A stretch of 43,082 bases of DNA from Minisyncoccota bacterium (GTDB lineage: Bacteria; Patescibacteriota; Minisyncoccia; Minisyncoccales; Minisyncoccaceae): NCBI GenBank assembly GCA_028716905.1, contig JAQUOX010000002.1, positions 1 to 43,082 of the forward strand, written 5' to 3'. Below are positions 27,679-34,557 of this stretch, in pieces. Under the pieces are notes generated by a model. It made no database searches. It was not told the origin of the DNA and was given only the letters and a program-made list of their open reading frames with translations. Within the stretch, counting starts at the first letter, position 1. Each line of letters opens with the position of its first letter. The position numbers and the translations under genes are program-made.

Positions 27679-27707
27679 ATTATATCAAAAAACCAGGACT
27701 TTGGCGA
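27679..27707 (-). promoter_or_regulatory. Candidate extended -10 promoter, close to leaderless for the ATPase gene
   Basis: Minus strand: TCGCCA, 17 nt (ending TGA), TATAAT, then only 8 nt to the ATG at 27670. Confidence 0.4.
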
Positions 27708-27786
27708 TTTTTAACAGCCCCAACCAACCCCGATCGCTATTCAATTATAATCACCGCCCCCTTAAAGGGCGGCCTGAAACGATTCT

Positions 27787-28452
27787 TTATTCTGTGAATA
27801 ATTTCATAAACCAGCCGAATAAGCTGAATTTACCATCCTCGGCTTTAATAAAAGATTCAATCTTTGCCTGCTCCTGCTCCAGTGTTTGAATTTGAGTTTG
27901 AAGCTCTATTTTATCACTTTCATTCTGAGCGCTTTCCATCAATGTGTTCAATTGCTCCAGCCTGTTCGTGGTTTGGACCGCTTCGCTTCTCAGCGTTCCC
28001 AGATTCTTATAATCAGAGCCCAAAAAGAACGTTTTTATCCTGTTTCTGGTCTGAACCTTTTCCATTGCCTGAACCGTTATTTCCGCGGATTGGTTCTGCT
28101 GTTGGGCAATTGTTCTCACCTGTTCTCCTATTCCTCCCTCTCTGTCGGCAACCTGTAAAAGGCTTTGTACAAAATTAGCCACGGTACTACGATGCTCTTC
28201 AGCATTAACTTTCTTTTGTTCTTGGCTTTGCTCCTGGTTCTGGTTTTGGGTCTGCTGTCCCGCGCCGTTTCCGTTTTGTGTTTGCTCATTATTCTGTGTT
28301 TGGATTTGATTATCTTCGCCCTGGTTGGATGTCTGTGTTTGCTGTTGATTTTGATTGCCCGTTCCGGCATTGCCTTGACCCACGGCATAAACGTTAACCA
28401 CGAAAGCGAAAACAATCATCAGAACGATTGGTACTAAAATTTTGTTTTTCAT
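27787..28452 (-). CDS. Secreted Q/N-rich coiled-coil protein (conserved CPR-type hypothetical)
   Basis: Signal peptide MKNKILVPIVLMIVFAFVVNVYA, a Q/N low-complexity block, then HRSTVANFVQSLLQVADREGGIGEQVRTIAQQQNQS...FSLFGWFMKLF. I recall this pattern from many Parcubacteria proteins. Confidence 0.75.
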   Translation of the reverse strand: MKNKILVPIVLMIVFAFVVNVYAVGQGNAGTGNQNQQQTQTSNQGEDNQIQTQNNEQTQNGNGAGQQTQNQNQEQSQEQKKVNAEEHRSTVANFVQSLLQVADREGGIGEQVRTIAQQQNQSAEITVQAMEKVQTRNRIKTFFLGSDYKNLGTLRSEAVQTTNRLEQLNTLMESAQNESDKIELQTQIQTLEQEQAKIESFIKAEDGKFSLFGWFMKLFTE

Positions 28453-28515
28453 GCTTTTTATTAATTAGTTTATTATTAAAACTACCATATTCTATTTTAC
28501 CAAAAAGTCGCCTGC

Positions 28516-28546
28516 TTGACAAGGTGGATTCCGCCCGTGACATAAT
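28516..28546 (+). promoter_or_regulatory. Candidate promoter for the 78-aa gene
   Basis: TTGACA (28516-28521) and TGaCATAAT (28538-28546). The spacer is on the long side at 19 nt. Confidence 0.35.
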
Positions 28547-28632
28547 GTTAAAATCTGTTTTGACGGACAAAAAAACGATTGATAAATTGAACCGAATAAT
28601 TTAAACTTTATTTCACACAAGGAGGTGTAAAA

Positions 28633-28869
28633 ATGTCCACTAACGATGTTGATCCTTTTGTAAAATGGGCCGAGGTTAAAAGGGCCTACGCGGCACTGAA
28701 GGAATGCCTGGAGGATAACGGCGACATGCCCGTGATACCGATCAAATCCTGGCCGCAGGTTGCCAAAAATGTCGGTAACCTTGTAACGAAAGCTACAGAG
28801 CTTTTAAGCGAAATTCCGAAAGCCCAAGAAAAAAACCGCGAATTTGTGGTAAGTATGTATGAAAAATAG
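28633..28869 (+). CDS. Hypothetical 78-aa protein
   Basis: A strong Shine-Dalgarno aaggaggtg lies 6 nt before the ATG, and an intrinsic terminator follows the stop. Confidence 0.6.
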   Translation: MSTNDVDPFVKWAEVKRAYAALKECLEDNGDMPVIPIKSWPQVAKNVGNLVTKATELLSEIPKAQEKNREFVVSMYEK

Positions 28870-28895
28870 CAAATTAACAAATTATTTATAAAATC

Positions 28896-28920
28896 AAGGT
28901 GATTCTCCACCTTTTTTTAT
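28896..28920 (+). terminator. Intrinsic terminator
   Basis: aaggtg-attctc-cacctt hairpin followed by TTTTTTT. Confidence 0.55.
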
Positions 28921-28945
28921 TTTCCCCTTGTTTTATTAGAACCCT

Positions 28946-29875
28946 TTACCGCCTTTTTTGAGCCAAGCCGTATTTTAATTCTACTAATCTTTGGACATAT
29001 TCTTGGCTGTTAATTGAGTTGTTGGCCAATAATTTATTCAATCCGGAACAATAGTTCTGTTCAATTTGAGATGTCGGGACGGCATTATTGTATATCCGGA
29101 CATCGTCAAGCAAACCGTTGAAATAGCGGTCAGTGGCGCTTCCATTGCCAAGGCGGACGGGATTGTTGGAAACATACATACTGTTAAACGACATATCTGT
29201 CTTTTCTTTGTCCAATCGTCCGTTTTGATAGGTTGCCGCGTAAGTATTGGCACCGTCAAAAACGTGCGTCATATAAACCCATGTTCTTAGCGGGATTTTT
29301 GTCCACGCTCCTGCTTCTGGATAAGAATAAGTGGAATTGTCGCCGCTTCTAATAAAAAAATATCCTGTGCCGGCGGTAGTCATTCCCGGTGACCAACTTC
29401 CTCCGGATACTACAGCGTATCCTTTTGACACAAAAAAAGAGTAATTACCAACTGGATATGAGTTGACATAGGCCCAATAGCCGATTGTAATTGCGTTGGA
29501 AATATTTTTTAAGCTATCATTGTTCCCGCAATTCACGTAATCATCCGTCCCGTCAAAAGCCAGACAGCCGTTGGAAACGCATTCCGTGGAAGTTCTCCAG
29601 GAAGGAGAAGTGTAGGCGCCTCCTCCGGCTCCGGACCAGGCGCCGGGATTGGCTCCCCATTGGTCTTGAACTGTTGTCCCAGAAGCATCGTCCAATCTCC
29701 ATTCGGAAACCAGGTTGAGCAGTAATGAATTCTTCAATGAATTGGCAAAGGCCTGTGATTTGGCAATAGTAGCCTTGGAAGAGACTCCGGTCATGGAAAC
29801 GATGATGAAGGCGGAAATGATTCCGATTATGACGATGACCACCAAAATCTCTATTAGAGTAAAACTTTTATTCAT
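28946..29875 (-). CDS. Type IV pilin-like protein with a LamG/concanavalin-like domain
   Basis: MNKSFTLIEILVVIVIIGIISAFIIVSM is a prepilin cleavage/methylation motif. LAFDGTDDYVNCG...LDDVRIYNNA is typical of a LamG laminin-G-like fold. Confidence 0.85.
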   Translation of the reverse strand: MNKSFTLIEILVVIVIIGIISAFIIVSMTGVSSKATIAKSQAFANSLKNSLLLNLVSEWRLDDASGTTVQDQWGANPGAWSGAGGGAYTSPSWRTSTECVSNGCLAFDGTDDYVNCGNNDSLKNISNAITIGYWAYVNSYPVGNYSFFVSKGYAVVSGGSWSPGMTTAGTGYFFIRSGDNSTYSYPEAGAWTKIPLRTWVYMTHVFDGANTYAATYQNGRLDKEKTDMSFNSMYVSNNPVRLGNGSATDRYFNGLLDDVRIYNNAVPTSQIEQNYCSGLNKLLANNSINSQEYVQRLVELKYGLAQKRR

Positions 29876-29968
29876 TGGTTAATTATACTAAAAACAAAGA
29901 AACGTGACAAGCATTCAGCCAGAGCTTCCAAGGTGGAGCAAAATTTTTCACCATCACCAGCCCTGTTT

Positions 29969-30157
29969 TTATTCCTTGATTAAACAGAGTGGTTCTCCAA
30001 AATCTCGTTGATTTTCAAGAACCTTGAATATAATTTTCAAGTTATCTTCCGTATAAAGTTTTTGGGAAAACCAAAACGCTCCCTTTGATATTTTCTTGTT
30101 GTTAAAAAAGAATAATAAGCCCGCGCCAATAAACACTATCCCGATAATTCTTTCCAT
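29969..30157 (-). CDS. Small hypothetical membrane protein (weak call)
   Basis: One TM helix (IIGIVFIGAGLLFFF) and a promoter-like element upstream. Confidence 0.35.
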   Translation of the reverse strand: MERIIGIVFIGAGLLFFFNNKKISKGAFWFSQKLYTEDNLKIIFKVLENQRDFGEPLCLIKE

Positions 30158-30198
30158 AATATTAATGTTTTAATGACCCTGACCTTTTCCTTCTTTTT

Positions 30199-30227
30199 AT
30201 TATATCAAAAAATCGCCGGTTTGGCGA
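30199..30227 (-). promoter_or_regulatory. Candidate extended -10 promoter with the same architecture as 27679..27707
   Basis: Minus strand: TCGCCA, 17 nt (ending TGA), TATAAT. Confidence 0.35.
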
Positions 30228-30565
30228 CTTTTTGAAATATCCTTACTCCCCCTCACTCGCTGAACCTCCTTCAGCAGGAGTTTCAACTGGGGTTTCGGGT
30301 GTTGTTGGTTCTTCACCTTCCATGTAAAACATATTAGTATAAGCCACAGAATCTAATAACCCCGCAGCAATTTAAATCTTTTCCATTTGACGACCTTTAT
30401 TCTTCTGTCTAGCTTTTAAATAAAAAACTCAAACAACTTGCAGTGGTATTATGTTTGAGTGCTGTCTATGCTCTAAAGGTATCATATTCGGGCTTTTTTG
30501 TCAACACGCCGAATCAAAAAGAAAGGTCCGTTGAAATAAGGCCGGTTTTATGGTATTTTTATTCA

Positions 30566-32026
30566 ATGAAGATAAAAACGGATAAAAAACATCTTTTTGC
30601 CGTGTTGGCGTTGGCCGGGATTGCTTTTCTGTTTTGGAGGGCCTATATCTTCGTCCCGACATACGCCAAACAATATTCCGCCACCCCGTCCTTCTGCGTT
30701 TATCAGGAAAAAATCTGCACCAGTATCGGTTTCAGCTTCACCGCTTCCCAGGAAACCGAAAGCAAGATTCCGCGATATACCGTCCGGGAATTCCCGGAAC
30801 AGGGAGAAACGAAAATAATCTTCTACAATACCTTCGGCACGGGCAAGCAATTTTCCTACGAAGAGGTTATCAGCAATCCTCTGATAGCCAAGCTGGACTA
30901 CTATCAAGAGGGGAAAAATTTCGTAATCGACATATTGAGAAAAGGGGCTTTTTTGCCTGCTGAGATATCGGAGAATCAATCCCTCGCCATTATTACCCTG
31001 AAAGAGGGCGATGAAAACTTCCCGATAATCTCTGACCAGAAGCCGTCTGATAACTCCGCGGCCTGGCCGGCTTTTCGGACCATAAGCTTTAAAACCATAC
31101 TAAGCGCCCCGCTGAAAAAAGCTGTTGTTTTCTTCCAAGATGAAAAAATAGAAGTTTCCGCCAATGAATTCGCCAAAAATCAATACTCTTTTTCTTTTCA
31201 GGAAAACATAGAAAAAGACAAAGAATACTCCATTAGGGCCATAATCACCGACACCCAGGACAGAACCACAATCAGCGTCTGGACCTTTGAAGGCCAGGTA
31301 TTGGCCGAAACGACCCTGGGCAAGGACCGGTTCAAGTATCTCGGCTGGTGGGGAGACGTCAACACCAACTATATCAATGTCAGGGAAGGACCGGGCACTT
31401 CGTCAAAAAAACTAGGCATCCTGTCTTCCATCAACAGAGTAAAGGTTCTAAAAGAAGTTTACGGCGAAGTCGTCAATGACAACAGCGTCTGGTACCAGAT
31501 AGACGGAGGACAATTCCCCAACGCCTATGTTTTTTCCGAATACGTAACGCCCATCGTCCAGCCCAAACCGCCGGAAGTATTCGTAATTCCCAAGGGCGTA
31601 AACCAAGGAGACTATTGGATTGATGTCGATTTGACCCAAAAAGTCATTACTTTGTTTGAATACGACAAGCCAGTTTTCGCTTCCTACGTTTCGCCGGGAA
31701 GGGAAGAAAACCAAACTCCGGAAGGCGCCTATAAGGTCTGGTACAAACTGAAAAAAGCGGGAATGAAAGGCGGTCCCCCTTTGCATGATTACGTCTACGA
31801 CCTGAAAGACATCCCCTGGATTATGTATTACAACGAATCTTACGCCATCCACGGAACTTACTGGCATGACCGGTTCGGGTCTCCCCAAAGCGCGGGCTGC
31901 ACCAATCTGACTCAGGGCGACGCCGCTTTCATCTTCGAGAAAACAAATCCGAAGCTAAAAACCGACCAGCAGGAATTATTCTCCGCCAGAAGCAATCCCG
32001 GAACCGTTGTCTTTAATCATTACTAA
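30566..32026 (+). CDS. L,D-transpeptidase (YkuD domain) with an SH3b-like domain and an N-terminal membrane anchor
   Basis: Catalytic YAIHGTYWHDRFGSPQSAGCTNL (H...SxGC). An SH3b-like YINVREGPGTSSKKLG...WYQI segment. I chose the ATG at 30566 (MKIKTDKKHLFAVLALAGIAFLF). Confidence 0.85.
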   Translation: MKIKTDKKHLFAVLALAGIAFLFWRAYIFVPTYAKQYSATPSFCVYQEKICTSIGFSFTASQETESKIPRYTVREFPEQGETKIIFYNTFGTGKQFSYEEVISNPLIAKLDYYQEGKNFVIDILRKGAFLPAEISENQSLAIITLKEGDENFPIISDQKPSDNSAAWPAFRTISFKTILSAPLKKAVVFFQDEKIEVSANEFAKNQYSFSFQENIEKDKEYSIRAIITDTQDRTTISVWTFEGQVLAETTLGKDRFKYLGWWGDVNTNYINVREGPGTSSKKLGILSSINRVKVLKEVYGEVVNDNSVWYQIDGGQFPNAYVFSEYVTPIVQPKPPEVFVIPKGVNQGDYWIDVDLTQKVITLFEYDKPVFASYVSPGREENQTPEGAYKVWYKLKKAGMKGGPPLHDYVYDLKDIPWIMYYNESYAIHGTYWHDRFGSPQSAGCTNLTQGDAAFIFEKTNPKLKTDQQELFSARSNPGTVVFNHY

Positions 32027-32236
32027 TTAAAATCGGAATCAATGGGTAGCACCCCGAAACACGAATCGCCCAAACCTTGTTCCTCTTTCCAACTCAAAAC
32101 TCCTTCAATCTTTTCAAATTCAATCAACACGATTAAACGCATTTGTAATTTTATTTTGGCAAAAACAGAAAACAGGCAAAAAAATGATTGTTGCGATTAT
32201 TGAAATTAAAAATATTAAATACTGCTTTTTATTATT

Positions 32237-32515
32237 TTACTTATTAATGATTTTTATTGCCTTGCCTTCAATAATGGCTTCGGCAATCTTTTTCCTCGTC
32301 GAGGTTAATATTCTTTGAAGGGTGCTTTGAGAAATATTCATTTTGGCCGCCGCCTCCTTCTGCTCCAAACCTTCATAGTCGCAAAGCCTCAACGCTTCCA
32401 GTTCATCTGGCTCCAAATCGACTTCTTCCAGCAAGGACAAAGGTATTGCCCTGGGCTTAAAATACGTCACTCCCGGATTAAAGCGTATTTTTCTTGGTTT
32501 TATTGGTCTTACCAT
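32237..32515 (-). CDS. DUF134 (UPF0251) HTH protein
   Basis: MVRPIKPRKIRFNPGVTYFKPRAIP...LEALRLCDYEGLEQKEAAAKMNISQSTLQRIL matches the DUF134 pattern. An alternative ATG lies at 32548. Confidence 0.8.
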   Translation of the reverse strand: MVRPIKPRKIRFNPGVTYFKPRAIPLSLLEEVDLEPDELEALRLCDYEGLEQKEAAAKMNISQSTLQRILTSTRKKIAEAIIEGKAIKIINK

Positions 32516-32566
32516 AACATTATTAAGCAAAATATCCTGCCCCCCCATAAGAGGCAGGATATTTTT

Positions 32567-32794
32567 CTATTCCGGCTTTTCGGCTTCGCTAATTATCTCT
32601 TTAATGGCCTTTAAATCCTCTTCCAATATCCTGGCCTCTTCTTTCAATAATTCCAACTCTTCTTTTCCTGTAAAAAATCTTCTGCATCCAAATCCTCTGC
32701 CAAAACCACGACCGACCCCACCGTAACACGGACCCATTCTTCTTCCCGTTCCGGCACCCGTTCCGGCTGGCCCGGTTTTATCTAAATTAGGCAT
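32567..32794 (-). CDS. DUF5320 family protein
   Basis: MPNLDKTGPAGTGAGTGRRMGPCYGG, a GRGFGRGFG segment and a C-terminal coiled coil. It shows the usual pairing with DUF134. Confidence 0.75.
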   Translation of the reverse strand: MPNLDKTGPAGTGAGTGRRMGPCYGGVGRGFGRGFGCRRFFTGKEELELLKEEARILEEDLKAIKEIISEAEKPE

Positions 32795-32849
32795 ATGTTT
32801 TATTATTAATTATTATATAGCGATAGGACGAGTACCGCCGTCTATTATG

Positions 32850-32878
32850 AGTATATATTCATAATAACATTTTGTCAA
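32850..32878 (-). promoter_or_regulatory. Candidate sigma70-type promoter for the DUF5320-DUF134 operon
   Basis: Minus strand: TTGACA, 17 nt, TATACT. Confidence 0.45.
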
Positions 32879-32883
32879 GCGTG

Positions 32884-32906
32884 CAAAAACCGACGGAAGG
32901 GTCGGT
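32884..32906 (-). terminator. Probable intrinsic terminator after the MliC-domain gene
   Basis: Minus strand: accgac-ccttcc-gtcggt followed by TTTTT. Confidence 0.5.
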
Positions 32907-32966
32907 CTTTACGCTTGCCAAATATTGACTCCGTTAGCCGGCCGACCTTAGAATCTGTTTTAATAA

Positions 32967-33863
32967 TTATTGCACAGTCAAAGAATGGCGGATCTTTTCG
33001 AATTGATTTATGAGGGCGGTCCTATCAAATTCCAAAACAGTGCCTTCGGGATAATTTCCGATATTCGTAGAATGTACGAAATAACGTATGGCAATACAGG
33101 GATTGGTTCCCGGAATCGCCCAAACTTGTTCTTCGTAACGGTTGCCGGCGGCGCCCTGGATTATTGACGCGAAAGAATAATCGCTGCCATTATCAACTAC
33201 GGCTTGAACATCGGCATTGTTGTCCAGAAAAAGACCGGCATTACAATCTTCGGTCGCAGGAATGATTTCTATTGAAACGCCCGTATCGAAACTTGATAAA
33301 TTGGTGCCTGTAGCAATGTTGGGCGGAATGGTTAATTTTACACCGCTGATATCTTTACCTGGCCCAAGCGCCTGATATTTATATGAAGGGTCCACCGAAT
33401 AATCGGCCGGATAGCGAATTGAAAAGCCGGCCGCACTGTCTAAATAAGCATTGGGCAGTCCTCCGGAATCTTTAGCAAGCACGATGCACCCTATGTAGCT
33501 TTTTTCAACATTGTTTTCCAAGACAAGCGCCCCGTTTCCTTTGCTCCAAAAAACGAACGATTCGTCGCTGTTGGCATAACGTACTCCGCTGGCGGAAATG
33601 GTCTGAAGCAAATCAAAGTTTCGCCCGTCGCTTAAAACAATCTTTACGCTTCCCGAAGGAATCGGCGGTTCGCCCGGCTCCACCGACACGGTCTCTCCTT
33701 TATAGAAAGCGGCGTCTATCGTCTTGTCGCCGTTACAGACATAGGTAACCTGGGCTATGGGAGACGGCAAGGGATTTTCGTTCCCTTTGTTATCGGCATA
33801 CCATATTCCCGTGCCTGCGAGAATAATCACTATCAGAAGAATAAATATAATATTTTTTTTCAT
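32967..33863 (-). CDS. Secreted/anchored protein with an MliC-like (lysozyme-inhibitor fold) N-terminal domain
   Basis: Signal/TM segment, then VTYVCNGDKTIDAAFYKGE...LLQTISASGVRYANSDESFVFWSKGNGALV matches the MliC pattern. The C-terminal half is unassigned. Confidence 0.65.
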   Translation of the reverse strand: MKKNIIFILLIVIILAGTGIWYADNKGNENPLPSPIAQVTYVCNGDKTIDAAFYKGETVSVEPGEPPIPSGSVKIVLSDGRNFDLLQTISASGVRYANSDESFVFWSKGNGALVLENNVEKSYIGCIVLAKDSGGLPNAYLDSAAGFSIRYPADYSVDPSYKYQALGPGKDISGVKLTIPPNIATGTNLSSFDTGVSIEIIPATEDCNAGLFLDNNADVQAVVDNGSDYSFASIIQGAAGNRYEEQVWAIPGTNPCIAIRYFVHSTNIGNYPEGTVLEFDRTALINQFEKIRHSLTVQ

Positions 33864-33982
33864 AAATCAATGAATTTATCGTCTTAAGTCATTTTATCAC
33901 AAAACAAAAACCGACGGAAGGGTCGACATTTGAAATACTTTACCTTATCGGGAATTGACTCCCTACATAGGTCTTGAACCTT

Positions 33983-34111
33983 CTACACCCAAGCCCCGTA
34001 AGGGTTTGTTGGGCTATACTTCAAGTATATCACAACTGAAGAAGCTTTGGTGCTATTCTCTCTTTTAATCGCCCATCCCTTGCTGTGAGGAACTACATGC
34101 TGATTTGACAT
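33983..34111 (-). pseudogene. Truncated DUF2188-like ORF (42 codons)
   Basis: MSNQHVVPHSKGWAIKRENSTKASSV matches the DUF2188 N-terminus (HVVP..GWAVK....AS) as I recall it. It then diverges and stops about 30 aa short of the usual length. Confidence 0.35.
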
Positions 34112-34168
34112 ATTGTTGTATAATTTATAATCCTTTCTTATATAATAAAACAAATTATGAAATAAAGC

Positions 34169-34195
34169 AAAAACCGCTCACCTACTGGTGGCCGG
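34169..34195 (-). terminator. Possible intrinsic terminator just outside the left repeat
   Basis: Minus strand: ccggccacc-agta-ggtgagcgg (one mismatch) followed by TTTTT. Confidence 0.4.
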
Positions 34196-34229
34196 TCTCT
34201 TGGAACCCCTCACTGGTTGGCTCCGAACG

Positions 34230-34532
34230 CTGAACGAAATCCGAACTTTTTTCAAAGAAAATCCCGAACAAGAATGAGGTGCGTTTCCGCTTGCCTCCGC
34301 TCCGCTACGGCAAACCAAAACAGAAAAATCTTCTCTACATTTTTTAATTTTTTCGCGCACAATTTTTTCTTTTAAAAGGAAAAGAAAATTTTTCTGTTTT
34401 GCGTTTCTCTTATTCAGAGAAAAGCGGAAACGCTCTATTCTTAATCGCAAAAGGGCAAAAATTCCTTCCCCCAGACCCCCTTCCTTTTTGCCCTTTTGCT
34501 TTTCGGGCTTCGCCCGATTTTTTTGCGGGGCT
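34230..34532. repeat. Left copy of a perfect 303-bp inverted repeat (partner at 41518..41820)
   Basis: The reverse complement of 34230-34532 equals 41518-41820 at every base, checked line by line. Confidence 0.95.
34447..34524 (+). terminator. Tandem-hairpin intrinsic terminator facing into the cassette (inside the left repeat)
   Basis: Plus strand: a 15-bp perfect stem (34447-34461 with 34485-34499), then a tcgggc-ttc-gcccga hairpin (34503-34517), then T7 (34518-34524). Confidence 0.5.
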
Positions 34533-34557
34533 ACAAATTTAAAGGGTGGAGGGTGGG

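Noticed and set aside
27740-27775. Hairpin ccgccc-ccttaaa-gggcgg between the ATPase gene and the Q/N-rich protein gene
   Set aside because: There is no U tract on either strand, so I did not call it a terminator. Its function is unknown.
27864-28437. Repetitive CAA/CAG-rich DNA and several overlapping ORFs on both strands
   Set aside because: The repeats are irregular and encode the Q/N-rich low-complexity block of the 27787..28452 secreted protein. They are not a CRISPR array or microsatellite, and the other frames are shadows.
30243-30323. 26-codon acidic/proline minus-strand ORF (MEGEEPTTPETPVETPAEGGSASEGE)
   Set aside because: It is too short, has no RBS or recognisable signal, and is low-complexity. 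It may be a remnant of a linker region. There is not enough evidence to call it.
34169-34262. Possible tRNA 3' end on the minus strand (ggttccaagagaccggccacca)
   Set aside because: I could not fold acceptor, D or anticodon arms around it. The only convincing pairing is ccggccacc/ggtgagcgg followed by TTTTT, so it reads better as a terminator.
34178-34450. 90-aa minus-strand ORF (MRLRIERFRFSLNKRNAKQKNF...) in the ORF track
   Set aside because: It lies entirely in the 303-bp inverted repeat and its flank. The same peptide reappears inside the 41363..42100 ORF only because the DNA is repeated. The composition is low-complexity and hairpin-driven, and there is no RBS. I treat it as non-coding.
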